The translations under genes were made by a program, and so were the position numbers. Of a DNA stretch of 64,000 bases, positions 39,501 through 53,050 are shown piece by piece. Position 1 is the stretch's first letter. Every line of letters starts with the position of its first letter. The stretch covers positions 95,482,001-95,546,000 of the forward strand of contig NC_087437.1 of the NCBI RefSeq assembly GCF_036321535.1, read 5' to 3'. This stretch comes from Camelus dromedarius (lineage: Eukaryota). A model generated the notes under the pieces. The model was not told the DNA's origin. It saw nothing but the letters and a program-made list of their open reading frames with translations, and ran no database searches.

Positions 39501-41944
39501 AATCATTACCCCCATAACTTATGAGTTATTGTTCTTCCCCACTATTAAAGGCTGCAATTCTCTGAAATTAATATTAAAGAATGCTGCAACCTTGACTCTG
39601 GGGGCAACTGCAAATCTATTCCTAAACTCCTGTTAAAAATGAGGGCAAGAATGTTCTGTGGGAACATAAAAGAGAGAACTTAGATTTTTTTTTTTAATTT
39701 ATTTTTTTCTCCCCAGGTTCTTTGGTCATAAATTACAGCCATATATAACAATTCAGGTGCACCTCAAAAATCAAATGATTTGGATTTACAATTGATTTGA
39801 TTTTGCCACTAACTCTTATAAGTTATACACACAATTTAAAAGCAGTTCCACTTTCCACCAAGCTTACTGGACTTAAATGCTGCATTTTGCAGAATGTATG
39901 ATACCAGGAAGGTGAAATTTCAGTGTTGCAACAGAAGACAGCCATGCTGAGAAGCAGTATGAATAATGCCTCCTTGCGATACTGATGGATAGATGGTGGG
40001 GGATCTGAGGATCAGTCATTGGTATTAATCATGTGTGTTAATGTGACTGATTGTTATTACTTCATACACTAGGTGGCTAGGAATGCAGCCAGTTCAATAA
40101 AATCATTTTAACTTCCTTTTCATGGTGGTCATTTTTCTTGTGTCTCCTTTCCTCCTTTGGTGTTCTTCAATTAAGGAAGAAAAGACCTTCCTTTCATCTG
40201 AGCGTAAGTGACCCATAATCGGGGTTCACTGGGGAAAAAATATATGACCATGCTATTCAGAGCATGTCTTTTCCTGTGGGTGAGAGGGCTTCTGTAAGGC
40301 TGGCTGTATAGCATGAAAAGTGGGTAAGTTGATGCCCTCTGTCTGACTCTCCACTTGTGTTTCATAGTTTTATTGCTAAGGAGAGGTAACTAAACACTAA
40401 TTTGTGTTTTTTCTGCAGAATAAGTATATTCAGCTATTTCTGTACATATTTGATGTAGAGAAATTCCTCTGGAAATGAAAAAAAGGAAGTCTAAATGTGG
40501 AGCAGACCATATGGTTTGCTATTGAAGTATCCCCATTTGAATTTTGCAGGAAATGTAACACAGCTAATAAAATGCGGCTTTAAGTGTTGAATGTTCTGGA
40601 CTAAAGATATTTTAAAGAGAACTTATGCCCTTGAAGATTGCCTGAAATTCTAGACTGCAAGGGATATTATTTTGCCTTTGCTGAACTCAGTGCTATCTTT
40701 TAAAATTATTAAAAATTCAGATGAAATGACTTCTGTTTAGTTGAAGTGGAGAAACACTAATGAAATCATTCCATCTATGGTTGAGAAGTCATCTGTGTAT
40801 GGCCAGGTATTTTTGTCTGATGTTAAGCTAAAGCTTATTCTGGGCCACAGTTTGATTATACAGTGTGTTTCCAGAGCTATACTTTAAATGTTAGAATTTT
40901 GTTACATATATATATACACACACACAAATACAAAACTATTGAAAACACTTCTTACAGAAACTACAGTGGAAAAAAAAAAGAATAAGAATGTAATACCATA
41001 ATTCATTTAATCATAAATAGTTATTTTGTTAACTGATATTAAGTTTAAATGATCCCTCTCCCCCACCACTTACTGTTGCTGTTAATCTAGAATTTGAGTT
41101 ATTTTAAAAGGGCTGCCAAATATAGTTGCCCATCTTTTGCTAGTAAAGAATCATCCTTTTGATTGTAAAATTCTCCAGGCACTGACAGTGAGAGATTAAC
41201 TAAAACAGTATTTTATTCCCTGCTGTATTGGTGAGTACATAGCATTAAATATATTATTAATCCAGCAAAATATTTTCATTCTAAGCCATTTGGATCCATC
41301 AGTAGCCACATTGTAATTGATGGATTACTGCATTACCATTTAATTTAGTTTTGTTTTAAAGGCATAACACTCACTATCATTTTAGTTAATTGTATAACCA
41401 AATAAGGAGAGAAATGGCTTCAGGAAAATGAGTAATGTAGAAGAGGACTCCTGTTAAGAGAATTATTATGAATTGTTTTCTTAAAGGCTCTACACATAAA
41501 ACTGCTTACACTCTCAACACTCAAACCTTCAGTGTAACTGAGGAAAAGGAGGGAGAAGGAAATCCAATTAGTTGTAATTTGGGGGGTTCTATCTCTCCTT
41601 TTAGATATCAATATTAATATATTAAGAACTGTTTTTGGTTCAGAACAATTTTCAAATGCAAAACCAACTCAGCTCAGAGGAGAATTACTGGAAATCAATT
41701 GCTGTTTCATTTGTGATACTTAAAATTGTACACCCCCCCCCACTATTTCTGCTCAGTTATACCACACTTAAATAATTTGTTAAATATCTTCATGGCATAG
41801 AGTCAATACATGGAAGTGAATGCTATCTACATAGTTGCGTGATTTTAGAAAACAACAGCAAATTCTTCCTCTGATGAGAATTGCCTGAGTTTGAAATTCA
41901 TGAAATGCATATTAAATTGTTCAAATATAATTCTTTAAAAAAAT

Positions 41945-43090
41945 AACCTTTTGTTTGAGAACATTTTAGATTTACAGAATTATTGTGAAGGTAGTGCAGA
42001 GAGTTCCTGTATACAGCAGACTCAGTTTCTCCTATTTCTAGCATCTTACATTAGTATATTTGTCACAATTACTAAATGAGCATTGATATATTATTGAATT
42101 CCGTACTTTATTCAGATTCCCTCAGTTTTTCCCTAATGTTCTTTTTCTGTTCTAGGATCCCATCCAGAATACCACATTGCATTTAGAAATCATGTCTCCT
42201 TAAGCTTCTGTTGGCTAATGATGGTTTCTTAGACTTCCCGTTTTTGGTGACCTTGATCATTTCAAGAAGTAATGGCAGGTGTCCCTCAGCTGGGATTTGT
42301 CTTGTGTTTTTGTCATGATTAGACTGGGATAATGGAGTTTGGGGAGGAAACCAGAGAAGCACCATTCCCATCGTGTCGTATCCGGGCTGCATGTTGTCAG
42401 CAGGACTTACCACTCTTGACGCCGAGCTTGATTGCCTGACTGAGGTAGTTCTGTCCAGTTTCTCCACTGTAAACTTACTCTTTCTTTTCTTCCTCTTCAT
42501 AGTGTAGTAGAAGGAAGTTAACAATGAGCAGCCCACACAAGAGGAAGGGGAGGTTGTGCTCCCTCTCCTTAGGGCGGAGTAGCTACATAAGTCATTCGGA
42601 ATTCTTCTGTCCTGGAGATTTGTCTCTTCTTCCTATCTACCTTTTTATTCGGGTATTTATTTATGGGTACAGACTCAGATATTTGTCTATACCTTGGGAT
42701 ATAATCCAATACTGTTCTTTTACTTTTATGAATGTATGTATATACGTGTGTGTATATATATACAATTTTAGCTAAATACAAATGTATGTGTATACACACA
42801 CACGTATATACATACATTTGTATTTAGGTAAAATTGTTCCAGTTTGGGCCATAGGGTGTTCTTCCAGTTGGCACTGATAACCCTTTTTATGTATCTCATT
42901 ATTGTGTGGGGTTTTTTGATTTATCTGTTTTTGTTTTGCTCTTCCTTACTTTCTGGAACTACAAGATGCTCCAGCCTCTTCTTACACATTTCCTGCCCAG
43001 TGCTGGAATCAGACATTTTTGCAAGGAGCTCTGTTTTCTTGTATTGGAAAATGGAGTTGGAAACTAAACTCTGAGTGCTAAGTGTGGTCA
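41945..43090 (-). mobile_element. L1MC3/4-like 3' end
   Basis: 'ttttagatttacagaattattgtgaaggtagtgcagagagttcc...ttctgttctaggatcccatccagaataccacattgcatttag...ctggaactacaagatgctccagcctc'. Confidence 0.85.
42731..42837. repeat. Compound inverted repeat (34-bp arms, 8-nt spacer, plus a third inverted copy)
   Basis: 42762-42795 matches the reverse complement of 42804-42837 at 32/34 positions by manual alignment. 42731-42753 is the reverse complement of 42796-42818. Confidence 0.9.
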
Positions 43091-44189
43091 ATGTTGTTTT
43101 TTTTTTTGTTTGTTTGTTTTTTTTTTTTTTTTGCTTTTTTTTCCCCTTTGTGCACATCTTTGGTGAGGTGACTTTGGTGAGGTGACTTGAAAGTTTATTT
43201 GTATGTATTTAATCAATAAAATTGAAAATACCAATGCATCTTAAAATACAAATGTAGATATTTTATAATGTGAACAAAATTAAAATGAGCTTTGAGAGTT
43301 GTCTAAACATAGCCTAACAATCTGTGAGATTACCTTTGGTCTTTGAAAGACAAGCAGTTTGTGCTGAGTTAGATCAGCAGAGAGTTGATGTTTCAAAGCT
43401 GGGAACTATTGTAAACATTGCCTGAGATCTGGAAGCACTCACAAAAGCAAATCAAAATATAGGCATAATCCTCCTACTGAGGTTTAGATAAACTATTTCT
43501 CAAAAAAATGTCTCATTTCTACATTCAGACATCTCTTATGACTAATAAACTACTCTGAGATTAAGCAACTGTTGTGCCACAGGCAGAAAATTTTGACTTA
43601 ATACTGACTATCATTAGTATGTTGAAAATGCTTTCTTCTCCAGTTGTGAAGGGACAACTACCCAAAATGAATTTGTGCACAAGAAAAACAAAATGTGTGA
43701 TCTTTTCTGTATGTACTAGATTTGTGCTGATTTTCATTCTTTCTTATTAGTCAATAAGTGTTCTAAATGAGCATCTACTCAGCCAGTCTCTATGATATTC
43801 AGGATCTCTTGTAAACTTTAGTACTTATTTATTACATAGTTGATGGACAGTATGAGTACAGTGTGTATTCTATGCAAGGGTAAGTAGGAAAGATCTGTCA
43901 CATTGGCTTCAATAGGAATCAGCTATTACTAAATTAACTAAACCTACATATCTGTTGAACAAAGCTCTGTAAGATCTAAAGGAGCAAGGTTTATGGGTTT
44001 CTACTTTAGAGGGAGACTGAGTTGTTACACATAGCTGACCCTTAAGGAAAATAAACTACAAAATTTTTACCACCACACTGGGCTCAATGGCCAGGATGAT
44101 TGACTGATACAATAAATAAGGACAAATTGTATTATATTTACTCTACTATTACTAATACTCAATAATCACTACTAATAGCACTATTAATA

Positions 44190-44420
44190 ATTCAGTGATA
44201 ATAAATACAACATACCAGCCAGTAAGCTATCACTTTGCATATAATATAAATTTAATATCTAAAATAAGGTCATGTGTTTACTACATGTTTCAAGATTAAG
44301 GAAAAGAAGGTTGTAGAAGGGATAGTTAACTTACTGAATATCATACAGAGAGCAAGGAACAAAACTAGATTTTAATACAAGGACTTTGATTTATGTTCCT
44401 AATTGCTAGACTGTACCACC
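44190..44420 (-). mobile_element. Degraded MIR
   Basis: 'gttttcaagattaaggaaaagaagg...gttaacttactgaatatcatacagagagcaag...ctagattttaatacaagg'. Confidence 0.5.
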
Positions 44421-45447
44421 TCATCAAATATGACTAGCTTTGGAGACATAAATCCATTTACAGTTACAGTGAAAATCTGTCTGACTACATTATGAAAAGC
44501 CTAAGCAGCCTGTATTAAGATGTATAATATATTGCTATTATAGAGCTATGTACGTATACATATATGCGTGTATACACACATAAATATACAGAGACAGGGA
44601 GAGAGAAAGTAAACTTAAATTAAATTTTCTATTAGTAATTTGACACAAGTGTTTGGAGATTTTACTAATTGATAATATGGATTTCAAAGTGTAAATTTAA
44701 TTGTGGTTATTATGATAATCCCCTTACAGCTGTTAAGAACTCAGAAAAAAAAAGTAAGGCAGACTAATGTAGATGAGAAATTACTCATGTTGTAGAAACA
44801 TTGTTCATTTGCTTCTGGCATAAGTTGAGGGAAGAGACTATATATTTATGTCACAACATAATGGCATACTGTAGGCTATTTCTATATGCATTCTCGTTCC
44901 AGATTAATTTGTCAATTGTCGGTAAATTCAGCATCTTCCACATCCGGATAAATATAGATTTCTTTCTCAGTTGACGGTAAATACATTGCATCTGCTTTGT
45001 GGCAGGCAGCAGATAGATGGAGGAGTTAAGGTGACTTTCTTGCTGAGTGTAATGTAGTAAACTCAGGCATTCTGTAGACAGTGTATTTGGAGTATGTTAG
45101 AAATTGAGGCCAGAGTCTCAGACCAGTCTCACTAGCATCATCATAATTCTTGCCTTGTCCAGTGTGGTTTCTTGAATTGTGGGAAGGTAATTAAAAGCAG
45201 GATGACTCAGCCCAGAACAAGGGGCTGAGGAAATCAGGTCCTGATTTCAATAACTTTGTGGTTTAATTAGCTTTGCTTTGATCTATCTGTCTCAAATTTT
45301 TGAGCAAGGTGGGAACTAGATAAATATCTGAATAAATAAGAGCGTAATACACACTTTGATCCATAATCATCCTTAATCCATTGTACACTGACCAGTCATC
45401 TCAAGAATGTTACAAGGGGGGTTCAGGTAAGAAATAAGTGGATATTA

Positions 45448-45519
45448 AAGAGAAAAGAAAAGAAGAGAAAGAAAAGAAAAGAAGAGAAAGAAAAGAAAAG
45501 AAGAGAAAGAATAGAAAAA
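45448..45519. repeat. Polypurine tandem repeat, 19-bp unit 'gaaaagaaaagaagagaaa' about 3.5 times
   Basis: Directly visible. Confidence 0.9.
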
Positions 45520-45648
45520 GGTCCTAATCTTTGAATAATGGAGTCCCAAATGTTGTATTCAAATAAAAAATACAGCATTATAAAATAAATTTAGGGAGGC
45601 TCAAGAATGCTAAAAATGAAATTTTAAAAAGTAGTGCATGTGGTAGTA

Positions 45649-45824
45649 CAATGATTCTCTAAGTGTGCTGTCAGGACCAGCAACTTTAGCAGTACTTTGG
45701 CATATATCAGAAAAGAAAAACTTCAAGTCCCAACCCTAACTGACTGAATCGGAAACTTTGAGGGTGGGGCCCAGCAATCTGTATCTCAACAAGCTTTACA
45801 GGTGACTCTATATGAGAATCATTG
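45649..45824. mobile_element. MER5A (hAT-Charlie)
   Basis: Perfect 11-bp terminal inverted repeats 'caatgattctc' and 'gagaatcattg'. Internal 'ctgaatcggaaactttgagggtggggcccagcaatctgt'. Confidence 0.9.
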
Positions 45825-47479
45825 GTTAAGTTGCATTCACTAAAGTTCCTGAAAACATAAGATTTTGAATTCACTTGAAAGGAATAACTAAAAAGAACTT
45901 TGGAGTGAACTGATGACCTCAGACTGAAGTTATTTATAGACATTATTATCACTTATCTGGATTTTTTGTTAAAATTCTTTGTCCAACTTACTGGGTATAC
46001 TGGGGGAATATGACCTTCCAGCTACTCAGAAGTGATTTCAGGATATTTTTCCATAAAGATCTCAGATAGATGTGTAAACTACCAAACAATTGACCTTTCT
46101 AATTCAACACCCCTGAGGAGAAGGGCTCAGGAATCTAGAGCATGTTGACAAGTGTTTGGTGGGCTAATTCTAACAGGATTTAATTCAATAAGTACTTATT
46201 AGAGGGTGGCTGTGTATATGTCAGTGAAGTTGGTGATGTGAAAAGTGTATGTATCAACCATGACTCCAGATTAAATTGCTTACCATTTTTAGTCACCTAG
46301 GAAAAATGTTGGAAAAGATATACTTTACTAGCAGGTATGTGCATACATATAAATTATCCAAGCTCTCATTTCTTGCTGGCATTCTCTAAAATCAAAGCTA
46401 GAATTATTTCAGATACCCAACCCAGGTAAATCTATACAGTGATGATCGGTTTCTGATGAGTTCCCTCATGAATACAACTTTATGATTTTCTCTTTGAATT
46501 GATTGATTGTTGAGGCACAACAAAAGGTCATGAATTTTCATCCTCATTACTTCAAACACAAGTTTTTTTGGAATGACATTTAAAAACAGGAAATAGGGAT
46601 CCATTCTTATTGTAAGAGTGAAAAAAATTGAGTTTAGTATGAATGATTAGAGCATTCCATATCTTTATATAAAAATCAGGAGATTGTTGAGAGACCTAGG
46701 AGTGGAAATGAAATGCCAAAATTGCTTAAGTAGCAATGAACATCTTTTCAAAGGGAGCAAGTAAAGCAGAACACAACAGTGTACAGATAACTAGAAAAGA
46801 CTTGTAATGGTAAAGAGAGTGCAGCTTCAGCAGAAAATTAAATCTAAGGGAATAAATTGGAATATAAATGTAGTCAAATATATCTGGAAAATGAAAGAAA
46901 ATTTTCATTAGACATGAACGAAAAAGTGATGCTGGAACTAAACTAGAAAATCTACTAACGAATTGATTAAAACTCTGGTAACGATTAGGAATAATTTATT
47001 GGAACTGGGCTAGCCTAAAATTGGAATCTAATAAACTAAGCTGGAAATAGAACATTTTTTTGTTAAGCATGTATTTAAGGAGTCAAGCATGACTACTTGT
47101 ACTATAGTGAATCCATGGAAAACTTGAAAATCAAAACAAGGTCCAATACTGATTTGGGGAACCAGGAAGCCTGCAAAAGTATCTTGACGAGGAGGAGAAA
47201 GTAAGACTTCTATTTAAAGGTAGCAACAAGGTTCTACAGATGAAAAATCTGTGGTTTTAATTATAGATCTGTGGTTAGTATTATTTACATGTTTCAATTT
47301 ATAATGAGGGAAAATGAGACATGGGAAACGTTTGTAAGGGAAAAACGTAATGCTGCTAATAATTTAAAAAAATCATTCAGTAAACTTTAGAATAAAAAAT
47401 TCTGACAAACTGATTTTAAAATTTATATGAAAAAGTTAACATGTAAGTAGAGGCAGGATGATGTGTAACTGATTATAAC

Positions 47480-49005
47480 AACTTAGTGGAATAAGATAAC
47501 TTCAAAATTCTTTCAGCACAAATATATAGAAAGTCTGGATAAATAAGATAAAAATAAAGAACCAGAAACAACAAAAGAACTGATAAGTTGAAAGCCAGAG
47601 CATACATGCGTAAGTTGATGCTTCAGTAGTATGGTGTAGGCAGTGTAAAGATGGAAAACAGGAAGTGTGTCTCAGCAACCAATTGACTTTGGTTTAAATG
47701 CTTAAATGGGGAGCAGAGACCAGACAAAGGAGCAGTATTGGAGGGCAATCAAAGCAAAGAGGCCTCCATAAACCAGAACTCTGATAGGGCTGCACATTGA
47801 GTAAAATGTGAGTTAGAAAAAAATAAAATACCTGGAGGTACAGAAAGATGACAAGGAAGTTTTTTCTTTATGGCTGAATTTTGAGGGAAACAAAATATTT
47901 CTCTAAGCAAAATGTTTCTCCCACAGTTTTTCCCAACTGATTTTAGCAAAAAAAATGGTCCCAAGTAATTTATATATGTGAGCAACTGGAAAAAATAAAG
48001 GCAAAACTGCTTTGGAAGATAAGGTCTCACCCCTGGTTGACAAGGAACCTGAGCTAAATTTCCAATAACGGTGAAGTCATAATCTAAAATCACAGAGCAC
48101 ATGGGGAACCAATTCACTGTGATTGTCACTCGACAATACTAGCAGTATTTAAGTGCCAAAAAGGTCACAAACACACCTATAGAATACGTATATTTATATA
48201 AATAAACTATTTAAATAAAGGAGTAACCTTCTTTAAACTGAAATATAAATATAGGAATTAATAAAAGACATGTCAACATGAAAAAAGCCAGGCAAGTTTT
48301 TAAAGAGCCACTATATGACTTGCAGTATGTATGCATTTTTTTCTTATTGGTTTCATCTCCTATTTAAATAAAGGGATAGAGGAAGGAGCAAGCATCTGAA
48401 AGAAAAAGCAACTTTTCCTACCATGTACTAAATAGTTGATGTCATTGCAATGAGTAATGGAAGTTTTCATTCTTTCTCTTTCTTCTTTCTTCTTCTTTTT
48501 CTTACTCCATAATTCACAGAAAATTTTTTAGTAGAAAAAACTGTTAAAATGTTTAAAACTGTGACTATATTCTTAGGTTAACTTAAGTTCAGTTTTGCTT
48601 ACAATGTAATCAAAATATTACATGTTCAAAAATCATATAGTTCTCTACATTGCTTTTAGTTCAAAACACTAAGTTAAATAAGAATATATGATAATTAAGA
48701 TATCCTTTTACATATTAGATTTATTAAATATGGGGAAAATGGTCAGATTTTCAAAATAATCTAATTCCTAGAAATTAAAAAATATACCCAACAAATTTAA
48801 ACAACTCCACAGAGGTCTTCTACAGCAGATTAGACGCAGTAGAGGAGACCATTAATGAACTGAAAGTTAGAGCTGAAAGAATTTCCCAGAGGAAGTGAAA
48901 AGAGATAAGCAGATGGTTAATATGTAGAGACATTAACAAATGTGTAAAATAGAATAAGAAGATCCAAATATGTCATATAGATGTTACAGAAAGAGAGAAT
49001 GGTAA
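47480..49005 (+). mobile_element. Old L1 5'-UTR and ORF1 remnants (discontinuous)
   Basis: 48770-49005 'cagcagattagacgcagtagaggagaccattaatgaactgaaagttagagctg...agaagatccaaatatg...gttacagaaagagagaatgg' resembles the ORF1 coiled-coil region. The stretch from 47480 resembles old L1 5' ends. Confidence 0.6.
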
Positions 49006-49118
49006 TAAACTATATAAATATATAATATCTATCATGAAAGTAGAAAAAATAAAAATATACCATAGTTGTTACACCATAATTTTTGTAAAGGGATACAGTA
49101 TGCCTATAAAATTATATA

Positions 49119-49337
49119 GAGGTGACCCTTGAAAAACATGAATTTGAGCTGTGCATGTACACTTACACTTGGACTTCTTTCACTAAATATATACTACAGT
49201 GTTACGTGATCTGCAGTTGTATGAATTCATAAATGTGGAACCCCAGCTACAGAGGGCCGACTGTAAAGTTATAAGCATATTTTCAACTGCACAGAGGATT
49301 AGTATCCTTAAATCTTACATTGTCCAAGGGTCAACTG
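49119..49337. mobile_element. Tigger2a-like MITE (TcMar-Tigger)
   Basis: Terminal inverted repeats 'gaggtgacccttgaaaaa' and 'ttgtccaagggtcaactg', flanked by TA at 49117-49118 and 49338-49339. Confidence 0.85.
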
Positions 49338-49894
49338 TATATGTAAGTTACCTTCAAAGGCAATGGACAAAATACCCAAGACACTACTGAGAACGGTTGA
49401 CTCTGAGAAGGTCTCTTGAGAAGTAGAAGAGAAATTTTCATTTTTCTACATATTATAACTTTGTTTTTATTTACATGTAAAATTATTTTTTCATGTAAAA
49501 TATTTTTTCAGTGTTAAAAATTCATGAATGAGAAAAATGAAGACTGAAGCAAAATGAGGATAAGAATGAGATAAAACCAGTGATAAAGTTACATAAAATA
49601 TGCATGCATTGCTTTTTCCTAGTGATGAACACTTGGCTCTAAGTCTTTTATTATTCATTACAAAGAAGAAAACACAAGCATTTGTGAGACACAGTTTTCA
49701 AAGACAAAGGCAGACTAGTATCTCAGAAGGAGCATATCTATATGCTCTGTGTTCAAATGATAAAGAAAAGTCTCTTGCAGGTCCTCAAGTTTCTGGGAAG
49801 TACAGATACTAAATTTACCTATATCTCTCCATAAGAACCCAGGGAATTGTCTTGTCAGCACCAACACTAGGGATCTAAGTATACATTCTCATAT

Positions 49895-50350
49895 TTTTGT
49901 ATTATTCATTTATTAAATTTTTATTGAACATCTATTATATCCCAGGCACTAAGGATACGTTAGCCAGAGTGATTCATGTTATCATATGCTAAAGGATAAA
50001 GCAGACATGTAAGTCAGCAATTACTGTGTGATGTGATAATTAATATGACAGATATTCATGAGGCACAACTGACTTACAGAGAAGACTGGGGAAAGTAGCA
50101 TACTCTGAATGAAATTTTTTTCAAAAGAGATAAAACTTTACAGGAAGATAGAAGTAATCTAGTCAGACAAGACAGTGGCTGGGAGAGTTCCAACAACAGG
50201 AGACATACCTTCCTATTCTCTAGAGTTCCTAATTTACTTAACTTGTTTATTTGTTCATTTGTTGATTACTTTATTAATAGCTATTTATTGATTCCTTTCT
50301 ATGTTTCTGGCACCATATTAGGCAGTTGGAAAACACAAATATCACCAGGT
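49895..50350 (-). mobile_element. Two L2 3'-end fragments
   Basis: 'tttattgaacatctattatatcccaggcactaaggatac' and 'tatttattgattcctttctatgtttctggcaccatattaggc'. Confidence 0.65.
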
Positions 50351-51089
50351 CACTTCTAGTATACATTTTAAAATTAATAACTCTTTCTTGTCAATGGAAG
50401 TGGTCTATTGACTGAGTCACTAGTGCCTCTTGGCCACAGGAATACTTTCTAGGGGATATGAAGTCAGATAGTTTTAGTGAAATATATTTTCAGGTGTATT
50501 TTCTCCTAAAATAGATCTTCCTGAAAATGATCTTGCTGTCCAGAAATTCTCCTTTCCCAACACTTCTTTCATAATTATCCTTGTCCTTTTTTCTCATCCA
50601 TCCTGGATGGTATTTTGCACTCCCCAGGTACAAATATCTCCTAGGTTATAAACAAAGGGGTATTTCAAGAATGCATAGCTTCTGAGAATGATTTCCCTGA
50701 GAAAAAACCAAAAGAACTTCATTAAGACATGTTGAAGGGGGCTTTATCTTATTTCAGTTAGGTAATTTTTTTTTTTTGTCAAGGCTTCATTTTGTAATCC
50801 ATATGTCTGATTATTTGTCTGTCTATCTACCTACACATCTACCTGTATGCCTAAATATATACTGTCTTAAACATGACATTCTGATATGGATGATGAGAGG
50901 ACTTCTTTTTTCATTTAGCTTACATGAAGGAAATAATTTGGCATAAATTTGGAATAAAGTTTTTAACAAGATAGTATATATTTTTATAATATATATAGTG
51001 TATAGTACACATATAGATGTTACATTACAAGGATAGTTTTTAAACATTTTTTGGGGTGTACATAAATGAAAATGTATGGTTACTGGTAT

Positions 51090-51949
51090 AATTATTTGTT
51101 CCAGTTCTGTGAAAAATGTCCTGGGTAATTTGATAGGGATTGCACTAAATCTGTAGATTGCTTTGGGTAATATGGCCATTTTAACAATATTAATTCTTCC
51201 AATCCGAAAACATGGGATATCTTTCCATTTCTTTAAATGATCTTTAGTTTACTAAATCAGTGTTTTATAGTTCTCTGGATATAAATCTTTCACCTCCTGG
51301 GTCAGATTTATTCCTAAGAATTTTGCTTGATGCAATTTTAAAAGGGATTGTTTTTTACTTTCCTTTCCTGATATTTCATTGTTAGTGTAAAGAAATGCAA
51401 CAGATTTCTGTATGTTAAATTTTGTATCTTGGTACTTTGCTGAATTTATCAGCTCTAGTAGACTCTAGTAGAGTCTTTAGAATTTTCTATATATAATATC
51501 ATGTCATCTGCATATAGTGACAATTTTACCTCTTCTCTTCTAATTTGTATCCATTTTATTTCTTTTTCTTGTCTGATTGCTATGGCTAGGACTTGCAATA
51601 CTATGCTGAATAGAAGTGGTGAGTGGGCATCCTTGTCTTATTCCAGATTTTAATGGGAAGGCTTTCAACTTTTCACCATTGAGTATTGTGTTTGCTGTGG
51701 GTCTGTCATAAATAGCTTTTATTATGTTGGTATATGTCCCCTCTATACCCACTTTGGTAAGAGTTTTTATCATAAAAGGGTATTGAATTTTATCAGATGC
51801 TTTTTCTGCATCTATTGTGATTGTTGTCCTTTCTTTTGTTGATGTAGTATATCATTGATTGATATGTATGTGTTGAACCATCCTTGTGTCTCTAAGATGA
51901 ATCCAACTTGATCGTACTATATGCTCTTTTTTTATATGTTGTTGGATTC
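51090..51949 (-). mobile_element. Internal L1 ORF2 (RT) fragment, truncated at both ends, flanked by a 13-bp direct repeat
   Basis: ORFs '[51 protein letters not shown]' and '[30 protein letters not shown]', with KLSLYADDM near 51500-51530. 'tggttactggtat' occurs at 51077-51089 and 51950-51962. Confidence 0.93.
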
Positions 51950-52349
51950 TGGTTACTGGTATGAAATTGAGCTTTATCTACTTGGCATGATAGGTAAACT
52001 CTTACAATCTGATCAAATTCCCTTTTCTCAACATGCTACTTTCCTCTTTCTTTACTTCTTCCATTACATCCTATGCTGTTAACTATGTGGAGTGATTTGC
52101 TCTCACAAAATAAATTTTGTTTTCATAGTCCTTAATCTCACACTCATTGTTTTCATTGCCTTGAAAGCATTTTTTTTTTCACTCCTATCCCTCTCCAAAA
52201 TCTTCCCTGATACCTAGTTGGTTACTTCCTCCTTTCCTCTCTTTAATCAGTATGAGGGCTTCTATTATACTAGGTATTATAAGGCAAATATCTGGTCACA
52301 GCCATGTCTCTTTTCCTCAATGAAGGAAGCTCCATGAGGGCAGGGAATG

Positions 52350-53050
52350 TATTGTACATATAGATATAACCGTTCTCATCATGCCACGTCCAGAATTGTA
52401 AACAGAAAAGTGAGAAAGCTGAAATTTCCTCCCTTTTCAAGATATTACTGACAGTTTGATGAGCATCTTTACATAGTTTTTCATACACAAACACACACAC
52501 ACAGATATATTAATGACTGTCATTTCATCTCATTTCCAGTGTCTATACCCTTGTTTGTTCATTGTTTCCTTTCTTTCTCTCTTTCTCTTGTTCTTTCTCT
52601 CATTCTTTCTCTCTCTGTTTTCTTCCTTCTTTCCTTCCTTCCTTCCTTCCACAACTTTTAGGCTGTTGACTAATAGTGGCAATGTAGGGAACTTGTTTCT
52701 GACTAGAATGAGACTCTTTCTAGTGATTCACTCTTTCAGACTCATCTCTGTAATTATTTCTAATTTTTACTTTTTGTGTTAAAAATATTTTCTGTTCCCA
52801 GTTTGCCAAAAAAATGCCAGAAATATTTGGATACTATCAAAAGACTTTTATCAGCTATTCATTCCTATGGTTATATGATTTTTCCCTTTTAATTAACAAT
52901 GTAATGAATAAAAAAATAGTTACTGTTAAACCATCTTTGCATTTATGGGATAAACTTTATTGTTCACAATGTATTATTATTTTAGTGTATATTGAGATTA
53001 TTTGCTATTTTATCTAATCCATAATATATTTCTCAATGTTTATAAGTGAA
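52350..53050 (-). mobile_element. Degraded L1ME pieces with an internal (CTTT/CCTT)n tract, splitting an L2 3' end
   Basis: Antisense ORF2-like 'gttgactaatagtggcaatgtagggaacttgtttct' and 'gttaaaccatctttgcatttatgggataaac'. L2 halves lie at ~52320 ('aagctccatgagggcaggga') and ~53080 ('gtgttcaataagtattccctgaata'). Confidence 0.55.

Noticed and set aside
43158..43188. 14-bp tandem duplication 'ctttggtgaggtga' (similar ones near 49475 and 57740)
   Set aside because: Ordinary slippage duplications.
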